The position numbers were made by a program, and so were the translations under genes. Positions 28,917 through 38,984 of a DNA stretch of 64,000 nucleotides are shown piece after piece. The DNA lies in NCBI GenBank assembly GCA_007375725.1, contig VMEV01000007.1:22895-86894 (forward strand), given 5' to 3'. The DNA comes from Parcubacteria group bacterium Greene0416_36 (GTDB taxonomy: Bacteria > Patescibacteriota > Patescibacteriia > VMEV01). Position 1 is the first letter of the stretch; each line of letters starts with the position of its first letter. A model generated the notes under the pieces. The model had not been told where the DNA came from and ran no database searches. It worked only from the letters and a program-made list of their open reading frames with translations.

Positions 28917-30158
28917 ATGAAAAAAATCAGTCTACTTGCACTTTTCTTTATAGTTGTTTTCATTAGCACTGAAGCAGAAGACACCCCGCTCGAATGGGCG
29001 GAGTACCAATTCAAGCTGCCGATTCCCATTGACTATGATGTCGACACGAATACAGCATTGTCCCTGTCCGTATCAGATCTAATAGATTTGGGAACATACG
29101 AATTATTCGACGACAATCGCTGGACCAGAAGTGGCGGAATACTTCTGAACTTAATATGCAAAACCAGTATTACGTTCACAAGTCATGAATATGGACATTT
29201 CAGAGTTGATAAACAAACACGCACTGGCCCTGTAGGTTTCATAAACCTTGATGATGAGGAAGATACGATAGAAGGAACGAATCCAATCGAAACAGGAACA
29301 TATGTTATCATCAAAAAATTCATTTTAGGACATGATTACGGAGCAGCTTTATTTGAGAGAAAAGAACAAAAACAAATCTTCATCGATAATGAAACTCTCG
29401 TCCGTGTCTTAGTGGACGCAGGCGGCCTCAATCAAGAACAATACAATGTGGAAAGTCTGGCGGATAGATTATTGAACAAGCACGCTCATCCCTTAAACAG
29501 CGTTCTGTTTTTTATGGAATCGGCTTCCACTCTAGTATATCCACACAATGACGAAGTGGGAGATATTGAACAATATTTTCGAGACTTAAAAAAACTCAAT
29601 ATTTCTTGCAGGGAAGACCTGTCCACAAAATACGCACAAATAGGAAAATTGTTTTTATCCGGATCTTCGATTTCCTATGGTCTCAATATTTCCCAATATT
29701 GGTGGAGTGGGGACAAAGAAATAGAATATGTCGGATTCAGGTATGAAAATATATTCATTACCTGGCCAGATTTCTTCATTTATTTGACCAGTAAAGGACC
29801 CACCCTCAAGGTATCCAGCAGGATACAAATAAATGAAAATTTTGATTTCCTCTTCGGGCTAGAAACGAATTCTTTCTTTTCAAAAGAAGGCAAAGAATTC
29901 ACGGAAGCAATGATTGGAATACACACAGAATTTTCAAGATTTGAAATCGACCTGCGCCTCTATTCCAATTTGCAAGCAGGAAATACTGTAGAAGCCTACG
30001 GAAGAGTAGAAATCTATGAGGGAATATCCCTCTCTGGCGTCGGAAGATATTACAATGACTACACTTTTATCAGAGAAAGGATGTCACAGGAAATATTCTT
30101 CAACGCAAGTCACGACTATGAATTCAAGATCTTCTTGGAATATAGAATCGCGTTATAA
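28917..30158 (+). CDS. Exported protein with HExxH motif and beta-barrel-like C-terminus
   Basis: Signal peptide; SHEYGH; alternating beta strands ending FKIFLEYRIAL. Confidence 0.7.
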   Translation: MKKISLLALFFIVVFISTEAEDTPLEWAEYQFKLPIPIDYDVDTNTALSLSVSDLIDLGTYELFDDNRWTRSGGILLNLICKTSITFTSHEYGHFRVDKQTRTGPVGFINLDDEEDTIEGTNPIETGTYVIIKKFILGHDYGAALFERKEQKQIFIDNETLVRVLVDAGGLNQEQYNVESLADRLLNKHAHPLNSVLFFMESASTLVYPHNDEVGDIEQYFRDLKKLNISCREDLSTKYAQIGKLFLSGSSISYGLNISQYWWSGDKEIEYVGFRYENIFITWPDFFIYLTSKGPTLKVSSRIQINENFDFLFGLETNSFFSKEGKEFTEAMIGIHTEFSRFEIDLRLYSNLQAGNTVEAYGRVEIYEGISLSGVGRYYNDYTFIRERMSQEIFFNASHDYEFKIFLEYRIAL

Positions 30159-30182
30159 AATTAAATCCACGAACCAACAAAC

Positions 30183-30220
30183 AAAACATCTGATTTTCCA
30201 AAAGAAATCAGATGTTTTTT
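30183..30220. terminator. Bidirectional intrinsic terminator
   Basis: AAAACATCTGATTT..AAATCAGATGTTTTT. Confidence 0.7.
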
Positions 30221-30244
30221 ATTTCGATTTTTTCTGCCCATTTT

Positions 30245-31687
30245 TTATCTCACCAAACTCCCGTAATGAAAGGTCATATAAATTTTGTAACTGCCATCTC
30301 CTAGGTCTTGGAAATAAAATCCCGACCCGACGGAATTCCAATCGGCATGATAAATCGTGCGGTAGTGGGGACCGTTGGCGGCGGCTTCGGAGAGATAGAA
30401 TTGGAGGGTATCTTCCAGCGCGCCCTTGGCGGATTCTTGCGTGCCGCTGATGATATTCCAGCTGATATTTTCCGTGAAATAATTCGTTTTCCAACCGTCG
30501 AAACTATTTCGAACCGTGAAGGGAAGCCCCTTGGTATCGATCCACTGATGCATGGTTTTGCCATCGGGCCGGTCATGCGTTATTTGATCATTTTTCCCCA
30601 TATAAGCTGACCATTCGGATGCGGTATTGATCCAGCGCTGATCGAGGGTCAAAAAGCGAAGGCCCTTTTCGGCCCGAAGAGCATTGATTTTGCCCAACCA
30701 GTATTGATTGAGAGCGACAGTATCGATTCCGGCGGGAATGACACCTTCTTGGAAAGAAGACGCTTCTATAGTGACAGATACGATTGGGACAGAAGAATTT
30801 GAAGGGTGAGGCGTCGCAGTGGGAGTCGCCGTAGTTTCCTCGGACAGAGAAGTCGTGGAAATGGTATCGAGATTCGCCCGAGTGATGCCAAGGCTCAAAT
30901 TGCGCATGAGCTGATACGCGGCGTCTCCATCCGCGAGATAATGCATCCCTCCATTGTCGGGGTGGATATACCAAGCCTTGCCCTTATTCTCCACCTCGAG
31001 AATGATCTTTCCGCGCAAACGGGCATTTAGCGCGCTGTCCCCCGCTTCCAGCCGCACGAAATCTGTAGAAGAGATTCCCAGACTCAGACGACGCATCAAC
31101 TGATACGCGGTGGATCCGTCGCGCAAATAGTAACGTAGACCGGTAATCGGATGGACATACCAAGCCTCGCCATTGTTTTCGACATCGAGCAGAATTTTGC
31201 CTTTCAATTTTGCGGATAGATTCGTGGGAACAGGAGCTGTAGTCGCTATAGATTTTGGAGTGGCGGCTGGAGTCACGGTTACCGGAGCCGAAGAAAAAAA
31301 TAACTCCGAAATAGCCAATTTGATTTCATTATTTTTCTCCGGTCTGGAATACTCCCCATCAAATCTATCGGACTGGCCTCCAGTCTCTTCTGTGATATCA
31401 ATAAAAGTCGCCCCGACCCATCCGCTCTGGTCGCCCACTTGCACTTTGTACCAGCCGTCGATCTCGCCGATGATATCGACCTTCTTCCCGCCGGGTAATA
31501 CTTCGATGACATCGGTCCCAGAAATACACGCCCCGGTACGCATGCGAACCCCGCTCTTGATCATTCCTTTCCAGTGGAATTGATAGACGGGATCGTAATA
31601 ACACTCACTGCTCGCTGACACAACGGGGATATCCGCTAGAAAAATAAGCGCTCCCAGAGAAAGCGCGATGGGTAGATGTTTTTTCAT
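30245..31687 (-). CDS. Secreted SH3b + repeat + CAP(SCP) domain protein
   Basis: Signal peptide from MKKHL; VRMRTG..DGWYKV..GWV SH3; duplicated KGKILLDVENNGEAWYVHP repeat; INALRAEKGL..ENI..GPHYRTI CAP. Confidence 0.85.
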   Translation of the reverse strand: MKKHLPIALSLGALIFLADIPVVSASSECYYDPVYQFHWKGMIKSGVRMRTGACISGTDVIEVLPGGKKVDIIGEIDGWYKVQVGDQSGWVGATFIDITEETGGQSDRFDGEYSRPEKNNEIKLAISELFFSSAPVTVTPAATPKSIATTAPVPTNLSAKLKGKILLDVENNGEAWYVHPITGLRYYLRDGSTAYQLMRRLSLGISSTDFVRLEAGDSALNARLRGKIILEVENKGKAWYIHPDNGGMHYLADGDAAYQLMRNLSLGITRANLDTISTTSLSEETTATPTATPHPSNSSVPIVSVTIEASSFQEGVIPAGIDTVALNQYWLGKINALRAEKGLRFLTLDQRWINTASEWSAYMGKNDQITHDRPDGKTMHQWIDTKGLPFTVRNSFDGWKTNYFTENISWNIISGTQESAKGALEDTLQFYLSEAAANGPHYRTIYHADWNSVGSGFYFQDLGDGSYKIYMTFHYGSLVR

Positions 31688-31709
31688 AAATTTTAGAGGA
31701 CAATTTAGC

Positions 31710-31745
31710 AACAAATCCCCCTCGGTCCCCCTTTGACAAGGGGGA
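31710..31745. repeat. CCCCCTTTGACAAGGGGG family repeat (half element)
   Basis: AACAAATCCCCCTCGGTCCCCCTTTGACAAGGGGGA. Confidence 0.8.
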
Positions 31746-31783
31746 AGTGGAGTTTATTGCTTATAAATACAGCATCATTCATT

Positions 31784-31839
31784 ATTTAGATTTTGAGCTA
31801 TTTTAAGATAAAAAAGAGAAAAGGGGAACTTGACAAAAT
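31784..31839. repeat. Direct repeat C copy 2
   Basis: Copy of 28774-28828; TTGACA 31830-31835 and TATCAT 31852-31857. Confidence 0.9.
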
Positions 31840-31915
31840 TATAAAAAAATATATCATCCCTATCAGGAATAATCAGGCTTTCTCATCTAAAATGTAAATA
31901 AAACAGGAGCTATTA

Positions 31916-32401
31916 ATGAAAGTAGCAATCATTTCGTATAATGAGTTTGTAGATTGTGAAGGAAATGGCTGGAAAGTTGCAGGAAAAAACAGCGTTTTAT
32001 TACTTCAAAATACAGGTAGCGCGTATCTTAAATCCATAACAATGGAAGAGCGACAGAAAGAAATAAAGGAAGTTACAAATCCACTTTGGATACAGCTTCA
32101 AAATGAACGTGCGAATATAGATAAAATCGTATTGTACGTAGGATCTAATGGCTCAGAAGAACTAATCGAACAACTCGCCAAACAAGGTCTGACTTACGAT
32201 CAAGCAATCTTTGTTTTTTGTGACTGCGATATAACTCAAAAAATCCAACTGATCAAGAAAAACCAGCTAGAGTCATCACAATTCGTCTTATCAGAATGTG
32301 GAGGACGAGAGACAATGCTCAAGATCTATAAGGACATCCTTCGCAAAGGAGCGCTCCCTAATCCAAAAAAGAAAAGTCTCACAAAATCTAAAAAAATCTA
32401 A
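31916..32401 (+). CDS. Hypothetical protein
   Basis: 161 aa; RBS AGGAG; upstream promoter; terminator 32414-32448; FCDC and ECGG motifs. Confidence 0.75.
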   Translation: MKVAIISYNEFVDCEGNGWKVAGKNSVLLLQNTGSAYLKSITMEERQKEIKEVTNPLWIQLQNERANIDKIVLYVGSNGSEELIEQLAKQGLTYDQAIFVFCDCDITQKIQLIKKNQLESSQFVLSECGGRETMLKIYKDILRKGALPNPKKKSLTKSKKI

Positions 32402-32627
32402 AGTAGACACTTTTTATCCAGCTTAATAAAAAAAGCTGGATATTTTTTATGCCATTTTTTTAATCTTCTATTTTAGCTCAAATCGTACTCATTTCGGCCA
32501 ATCGAGTAGCCGGAATCGATGTGATTTGAGCGAAAAACAATAATCTAACATTCATAAAATAAAAAAACATCGGTTTATTTTCGATGTTTTTTTCAACAAT
32601 TCCCAGAACAAAAAAAGAATAATAAAT

Positions 32628-33173
32628 TTAGCTATAACCATTCGTATATGGTAATAACTCAGGAAATAAATCTGAACGCTCCATTACGGTAAGCCAATTC
32701 TTCAGGTAAAAATCACCTCCATTAAATCTTTCGAACAAATCAGGATGCATAGGCGCAGACACCTGATCCTCACAAATACAATAAACCAATCCTTTTTTAT
32801 CTGAACCAGACGAACGCCCCCAACCAGCTAATTGCCTAAGAGAAACCAACCAATATGGCTCTCTTTCACCATAGGAAACAATTTGACAATAATCCATTAC
32901 AATCACAGTACGGATTCTCCGATTTGCCGCCAGTATCGCAAATGCCAATCCCGCGGGAATTCTTGCGTAGTCTTGTGGTGGGATATAATCCACACTAAAA
33001 TCTCTTGATTGTAGAAAAAGAGCGGTCAAAACAGCATCAAATTCGATATCTTCATTTCCCAAGCATAAAAATGCCTCCTTTACTGAAGCACATATTGTTA
33101 CAATATGACCTTCCAAGGTTTTGATGGCTGATTCACGATTAGCAGGATTATCATCGATTACAAGTATCTTCAT
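32628..33173 (-). CDS. Atypical response-regulator receiver-like protein
   Basis: MKILVIDDN..FDAVLTAL (the phosphoacceptor Asp position is Ala); RBS AAGGGAG. Confidence 0.7.
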   Translation of the reverse strand: MKILVIDDNPANRESAIKTLEGHIVTICASVKEAFLCLGNEDIEFDAVLTALFLQSRDFSVDYIPPQDYARIPAGLAFAILAANRRIRTVIVMDYCQIVSYGEREPYWLVSLRQLAGWGRSSGSDKKGLVYCICEDQVSAPMHPDLFERFNGGDFYLKNWLTVMERSDLFPELLPYTNGYS

Positions 33174-33299
33174 TACTTACTCCCTTACAAAAAACTAGTA
33201 CTACTAAAAAAACCATCCATTGACTATCTTAATCAAAGAATATATTATATTGATTGAGTGGCCAATACGACCCCGTGGTGGCACTAGCAACCACATAAT

Positions 33300-34031
33300 A
33301 TGGAAGATTTACTGCAAAAACTGGGCTTTTCTTTAAATGAATCCAAAATCTATTTGGCTTTATTAGAATTGAAAGAAGCAAAAGCCGGCCAAATTGCTCT
33401 GCACACACGCATCCACAGGAGAAATGTCTACGATTCTCTGGAACGTTTAGTTCATAAGGGTCTGGCTTTTCAGTCTCTCTCGAAGAGCGAAAATTATTAT
33501 TCCCCCGTGGATCCAGCAAAACTTCAAGAAATCGTGAAGGAAAAAGAATTGGCCCTAGCTGAAAAAATGCCCGAACTTCAAAAAATCTACGGAGAAAATC
33601 AAAATTCCCAGGAAGCTTTTATTTATCGCGGATTGGAGGGAGTCAAAAATTATATGCGTGATGTGCTCCGAGTAGGAGAGGATGTCTATACCATCGGCGG
33701 GCAATTGGGATGGTTTGATCCGCGATTGTCTTTGTTCACGGAAAAATTCTTCAAAGAAATCGAGCGGAAAAAAATCCAAATGACCACTTTATTTGATGAA
33801 TCGGTAAAAGACGAAAAAGAACGGTTAAAACATTTCAAAGGAAAATATAAAATCATCCCCAAAAAATATTCTACCGATTCCGCCATTGATATCTTCGGCG
33901 AATATATTGTCTCTTTCACCGGAGTTCATTTCAAAAAAATAGACGATGACGTCACTATTTACGTCATCCATGATAAAAATCTGGCACAGTCTTACAAAAA
34001 ATGGTTCGAGCTCATGTTTGATCGTTTATAA
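33300..34031 (+). CDS. TrmB family transcriptional regulator
   Basis: LQKLGFSLNESKIYLALL..RRNVYDSLERLVHKGL wHTH plus effector domain. Confidence 0.88.
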   Translation: MEDLLQKLGFSLNESKIYLALLELKEAKAGQIALHTRIHRRNVYDSLERLVHKGLAFQSLSKSENYYSPVDPAKLQEIVKEKELALAEKMPELQKIYGENQNSQEAFIYRGLEGVKNYMRDVLRVGEDVYTIGGQLGWFDPRLSLFTEKFFKEIERKKIQMTTLFDESVKDEKERLKHFKGKYKIIPKKYSTDSAIDIFGEYIVSFTGVHFKKIDDDVTIYVIHDKNLAQSYKKWFELMFDRL

Positions 34032-34156
34032 TATTCCTTTTTTTACACAAAATCCTAATACCTGTTACACTGAATAAATAATTGAATCTAAAATAAAAAT
34101 TAAACTCAGCTTTTAGCCTAAAAAGCCAAAGCCTAATCGCCTAAAGCCTAAAATAT

Positions 34157-34924
34157 ATGTTTTCCAAAAATTCCCCGCTGTGGATGGCCCCACTATTGGG
34201 ACTACTCCTCGTTTCCGGCACCGTATATCTGGGAGCAAAATCCTGGAGTGAAATGAAAAGTGCTAAATGGATCGACCGAGGAGGTGCGGTGCGAGATGTG
34301 GTGAGTGTCAACGGTATCGGCAAAATCAAGGTATCTCCGGATATCGCGATTCTCACAATCGGTATCGTCAATGAGGACAAAAACGTATTCGACGCGCAAA
34401 ACAGAAATGCCGCCACCATCAATAATATTATCGGCGGCCTCCGCTCCATGGGGGTTTCCGGAGACGATATTCAGACCAGCACCTACAGTGTGTACCCGGT
34501 ATACACCTATCCAGAAAATCTGCCCCGATTGCTCAATGCCTACGAAGTCCGACAATCCCTCACGGTTAAAATTCGCGATCTAGAAAACACCGGAAAAGTT
34601 CTGGCAAAAGTGGCGGAGCTGGGCGCCAATGAGATCAACGGTCCCACCTACACCATGGAAGACCCCGAGCCTCTCAAAAAAGAAGCCCGAGCCAAAGCCA
34701 TAGAAAACGCGACAGAAAAAGCCACCGAGATGAGCGCCCAGCTCGGCCTCTCCTTGGGGAAAATCACCAGCTACAGTGAATACGACGGCGGCTCGCCGAT
34801 CGTGTACGACTCCTATCTCGGCAAAGGCGGCATGGGCGGAGGATCCGTGGTCGAATCCAACTGGGAAGCCGGAAAACTCGAAGTAATCTCGAATGTGACG
34901 ATCACCTATGAGGTGAAGAAATAG
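34157..34924 (+). CDS. SIMPL (DUF541) domain protein
   Basis: VSVNGIGKIKVSPDIA, DIQTSTYSVYP, ARAKAIENATEKA, VTITY. Confidence 0.92.
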   Translation: MFSKNSPLWMAPLLGLLLVSGTVYLGAKSWSEMKSAKWIDRGGAVRDVVSVNGIGKIKVSPDIAILTIGIVNEDKNVFDAQNRNAATINNIIGGLRSMGVSGDDIQTSTYSVYPVYTYPENLPRLLNAYEVRQSLTVKIRDLENTGKVLAKVAELGANEINGPTYTMEDPEPLKKEARAKAIENATEKATEMSAQLGLSLGKITSYSEYDGGSPIVYDSYLGKGGMGGGSVVESNWEAGKLEVISNVTITYEVKK

Positions 34925-34930
34925 CACGCA

Positions 34931-34959
34931 AAAAAACCCGAATCAGATTCGGGTTTTTT
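34931..34959. terminator. Intrinsic terminator
   Basis: AAAAAACCCGAATCAGATTCGGGTTTTTT. Confidence 0.8.
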
Positions 34960-35096
34960 AGTCTGCCAAAATGAAAAAAATATTTTTTCATGGCGGACGA
35001 TTACAGTCACGACAAACATTTCTGATATCACTCTACAAAGAAAAAATCTTTTCATCAATCACAAAAACAGGCCCGAAATTCGGACCTGTTTTTCGT

Positions 35097-37385
35097 TTAT
35101 GGGATAACTTCAAAATCATCTTCTTTTTCTTTCTCAAGTCGGATGGTTTTTTGTGTGGATAAATCTGAAATGGAGTTGAGCTGGAGATGACTGTCCGAAA
35201 AAGTATAGAGAGTATTTTCGATATAGAGGGACCTGCGGATGGCTGGATTCTGCACATAATCCGGCATAATCATCCGCTTTTCCATTACGCCCATCGGAAT
35301 AGGCCCCGGAAAAAAATTGGAAATTTTTGGGTGAGTTACTTTGCCTTTGAGGGTGAGTCCCAGCTCGCTGATATCCACGGCGACCGCTCCTTGAAACGTC
35401 ATATTCCCCCACTGATTGGCTCCCATTTTTTCATAAATCGACACCGGAACCACGATCAATTTTTTCTCGGGAGAAAATAAAAATGCTTTGTGATCAGAGA
35501 GGGCTTCCGAATAACTCCCGCTGTCACCCAAAATCAAGTTATCAACCTCTCGAGGATTTGTGATATTGCGGACATCGAAAAGAGATAATTTGAGGCCTCC
35601 AGTTTTCACTCCCCCAAGCTCGCCCTCCTGGGCATCTTTGCCAAAGCCGATGAGATAATCTTTGCCCCAAGGATGCAGATAATTGGAAAATCCTGGGATC
35701 TTGAGTTTGCCCAAAACTTTTGGATTTCGAGGATCGGAAAGGTCAAGCGCAAAAAGAGGATCGGTTCTCTTGAACGTCACCATATACGCGCGGTCGCCCA
35801 TGAATCGGACGGAATAGATCTGCTCGTCCGGAGCTAGTTTCTCCACCGACCCCACCACCGACATATTGCTGTCCAAAACATACATATTGCTATAGGACTG
35901 GAACTCCACGCCCTGATCCTGCCATTGTCTCCACTGAGGAGAACGCGTCGTGGCAATGCGGAAATAACCATTATATTCATCCATGGAGAATTGATTGAGA
36001 ACATATCCCGATACCTCTCCGACTCCGGAATACTCTACCTTGCCCCCGCCAATGGCCACTTTGTGGATCACGGTTTTTTCCAATTCTTTCTGGATATCGG
36101 CATACTTGACTTTCATGCGCCGGTCCACCTCTTCGAACAAAATAATTTGTTCGGATTCCGGGAGACTCATTCGGTGACGCTCGACAATGGCGAAAACTTT
36201 TTGGCGCTTTTCCTCCGGAGATAATATCCCGTCCGATGTCGCGGCAATTTCATCCACGCGAGTCTTGGACTTGCCACTCAATTTCGGATAAATCACTTCC
36301 CTCCACACTTCCATTTCCAATTCATATTCGTTCAAGTATTTCGTATAAGCCAGGTATAAATTATTCTCGCTCACATACATATTTTGAGTATTGTCGAGCA
36401 AATACACATCCGAGTCGATTGATTCTGAATCCGACACCACTGGAATGGAGATAATGGAAGTGAATTGAGGCTGATGATAAGGAATGTCGAAATAAAACAT
36501 GTCCGGACAATTGCAGCCTTTCACTTGGGGATCAAAAGACAATTCCTGCTCGTCTTCCAAAATTCGAGGAAGAGGAACTGGGCCATCCAAAAGAGGATAA
36601 TAATATTGGCTAAGCACCATGTAAATATGGTCGCCGATCATGCGGGAACTATAATAATTTCCCTCCAGATCCCAAGTGCGGATTTGCTTGGGTGATTGGC
36701 GGAGCGAAATATCAAAAATTTTCACGAAGGTATAGCTGGTTCCCCGAGGAGCGATCATCCGAGTCTGGGTGGAATAAATTTCATTATTGACCCCAAAAAC
36801 CACCAAACGGTCTCCATGAATATAAATATCTTGCGGATAAGACTTGAATTCTATCTTGGATAATATTTTCGCGCCTTCCGCGGGATAAGCATCGATGATA
36901 AACAAATTATTTCCGGAAAGCGCGTAAATATATTTGCCGTCATTCTTGATGATATCCGCCTCATCCACGCCCTCCACCTGAACATTGGTAGTGGAATAGT
37001 CGCCATCTTCCGCATCGGACGGAGCGGGAGCGGCTTGCCCCACGGTAGCGGATTTATTCGCCGCCACCGGACCCGAACTCTCCGCCATAGAATCCATAGA
37101 AAAAATTCTCTCCATCCCACCGCGACCATAGAATCCGCTGGAACCCACGGATATTTTTTCATCCAAAAAATCACGAAGCTCATCGTAATTTTTGAATTTT
37201 TTAGCGACACTCTGATTTTTGAGTCCCGTTGCAATGTCTACTTTTCCATTTGAAATTTTGCCGGAATCAGATACCCACGGTCCCTTGGTCCCCGCATTAT
37301 CCATGGACAAAAAATACCCCGCGAGAATCACGCCCAGCACTCCCACCGCCAATAATCCTGCCAATAATTTTTGATCATTTTGCAT
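35097..37385 (-). CDS. Secreted beta-propeller domain protein
   Basis: YSTTNVQVEGVDEADIIKNDG, LNQFSMDEYNGYFRIATT, YMVTFKRTDPLF, LKIPGFSNYLHP. Confidence 0.92.
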   Translation of the reverse strand: MQNDQKLLAGLLAVGVLGVILAGYFLSMDNAGTKGPWVSDSGKISNGKVDIATGLKNQSVAKKFKNYDELRDFLDEKISVGSSGFYGRGGMERIFSMDSMAESSGPVAANKSATVGQAAPAPSDAEDGDYSTTNVQVEGVDEADIIKNDGKYIYALSGNNLFIIDAYPAEGAKILSKIEFKSYPQDIYIHGDRLVVFGVNNEIYSTQTRMIAPRGTSYTFVKIFDISLRQSPKQIRTWDLEGNYYSSRMIGDHIYMVLSQYYYPLLDGPVPLPRILEDEQELSFDPQVKGCNCPDMFYFDIPYHQPQFTSIISIPVVSDSESIDSDVYLLDNTQNMYVSENNLYLAYTKYLNEYELEMEVWREVIYPKLSGKSKTRVDEIAATSDGILSPEEKRQKVFAIVERHRMSLPESEQIILFEEVDRRMKVKYADIQKELEKTVIHKVAIGGGKVEYSGVGEVSGYVLNQFSMDEYNGYFRIATTRSPQWRQWQDQGVEFQSYSNMYVLDSNMSVVGSVEKLAPDEQIYSVRFMGDRAYMVTFKRTDPLFALDLSDPRNPKVLGKLKIPGFSNYLHPWGKDYLIGFGKDAQEGELGGVKTGGLKLSLFDVRNITNPREVDNLILGDSGSYSEALSDHKAFLFSPEKKLIVVPVSIYEKMGANQWGNMTFQGAVAVDISELGLTLKGKVTHPKISNFFPGPIPMGVMEKRMIMPDYVQNPAIRRSLYIENTLYTFSDSHLQLNSISDLSTQKTIRLEKEKEDDFEVIP

Positions 37386-37391
37386 AAAAAT

Positions 37392-38240
37392 CTATTTTTT
37401 AACCACTATTATATTCTTCTCAATTTTCGTGATCGGCTCTTCGTGCCCGCTGGGGTAGTCCTGAATCGCGCGAAATAGCACATCTGACTGATAACGAAAA
37501 TTTGCCCCCCGCTTCGTCCCGGGATCATTCGTGATGAATTCATCGCGCTCGGGATCATATCCGATAATAACGAGCATGTGTTCGAGCGGCCCCGGCGGAT
37601 TATAATAAGGATTGTCCAATATTTGACCATTGAGAGCCGTCGCAACCAGATTTCCTTTGTATAACTCATCAATAATATCTTGGATACTAACCCCTCCCAT
37701 CCAATAAATCTCCTGATAATCAAAATAGGCCTTGGCCCACATCACTGTATCCTGGGTCGAACTGTCCAGGTAAAATCCATAGTTCTTTTTTTCAAACTCA
37801 GACATATTCCAAATATCCCGCTGGCTCTCTTCGGGGGTAATTTTACCCTTGCCACTAGCCCACGCCATCGCCATCATGATCGAGGCCTCTTCGCACCCGC
37901 TCTGAAATACCGGCTCGCTCCACAGGCCAAACGGAGCCTGCACGGCAAATGGAACCGAATGCAAAATCATCTTTTTCGCTGGTGACGTTTCTGCCGAGGG
38001 AGCTTTCACGGAATCGACTATCTTTACGGGTTCTTTGGGAATCAAATCGGCCAAACTGTCAGAAAAAGGCGAAATCACTTTCTCTTCCTCCTCCTTTCGT
38101 GGATTTTTTAAAATTTCTTGAATCCCCACGGTCCGAGCCTCTTCCCTCAAAGGCTCATGGATGAATTGAGGACTCAAAAAATATAAAACCCCGATCGCAA
38201 TCGACACAATCAAAATGACAATAGACTGTTTTTTTCCCAT
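37392..38240 (-). CDS. Peptidase C39-like family protein
   Basis: VPFAVQAP..GCEEAS..HMLVIIGYD..NDPG. Confidence 0.88.
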   Translation of the reverse strand: MGKKQSIVILIVSIAIGVLYFLSPQFIHEPLREEARTVGIQEILKNPRKEEEEKVISPFSDSLADLIPKEPVKIVDSVKAPSAETSPAKKMILHSVPFAVQAPFGLWSEPVFQSGCEEASIMMAMAWASGKGKITPEESQRDIWNMSEFEKKNYGFYLDSSTQDTVMWAKAYFDYQEIYWMGGVSIQDIIDELYKGNLVATALNGQILDNPYYNPPGPLEHMLVIIGYDPERDEFITNDPGTKRGANFRYQSDVLFRAIQDYPSGHEEPITKIEKNIIVVKK

Positions 38241-38244
38241 AAAA

Positions 38245-38901
38245 TCACCGGCTTAATCTCAGTAAATCCAACCAAAAAGAAGAAGGCATGTCTCCACAGT
38301 TCTCAGGGGCTGATGTCCCCCGATGCGAGCATGTGCCGGACTGAACACACGCCTCGGAGGTCAGGAATAATCCGCTTTCTAAGGCCAAACGGTCTTCTGA
38401 CAATCTAAAATCAGAAAGAACTGAGCCGTATGAAAAAAGAACACGGTCCAAATCACGGATCTCTTGAGCCCAGAGATCTTCCACAAACTTGCCATTCTTC
38501 CAGCCCGACCAAGCCGAGGTTCCGTTATTTAAATACGATGCTCCATCACGAAAAGTAACACCCTTATCCTCCACTAAAATTCCCTGAGTGATGAAAAAAT
38601 CTTTCCACGATAAACCGGCCCGATGGGCATGGGCCACATTTCCATCTCCGTTATGAAGATGGATAACATCTGATAAAGACAGCTCATCTTCTTCATGAGT
38701 ATCTCCGCAAGGCTTCACGCTCATCATGCCAATCTTGCCAAAATCAACCTTCTCGCCGTCAATCACGACCGCGAAATCGGCATGTTCGTGAAAATCCGCT
38801 TGCTGATGGCCCCATTCGGAACGAACTCCCCGAACCACAGCCGCCGCGCCCAAACAAACACCGGCTAAAAATAAAACAAGATATAAAAATTTGGTTTTCA
38901 T
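38245..38901 (-). CDS. Exported His/Cys-rich putative metal-binding protein
   Basis: N-terminal TM; HEHADF, IHLHNGDGNVAHAH, CVQSGTCSHRG..ENC. Confidence 0.75.
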   Translation of the reverse strand: MKTKFLYLVLFLAGVCLGAAAVVRGVRSEWGHQQADFHEHADFAVVIDGEKVDFGKIGMMSVKPCGDTHEEDELSLSDVIHLHNGDGNVAHAHRAGLSWKDFFITQGILVEDKGVTFRDGASYLNNGTSAWSGWKNGKFVEDLWAQEIRDLDRVLFSYGSVLSDFRLSEDRLALESGLFLTSEACVQSGTCSHRGTSAPENCGDMPSSFWLDLLRLSR

Positions 38902-38984
38902 AAAAATCTCTATTTAATATTTATTGTAAGATGAATCCCGAATGAAAAAAAGGGCGATATAATGTCACCCTTTTTCATAAAAAC

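Noticed and set aside
32472-32536. Long imperfect hairpin as an integron attC site
   Set aside because: No correctly placed RYYYAAC/GTTRRRY boxes, single copy, no integrase; more likely a terminator or repeat between convergent genes
34113-34152. Heptamer-like runs (AAGCCTA; also ~26083 and ~3680)
   Set aside because: Short degenerate tandem repeats with no spacers or evident function; not CRISPR
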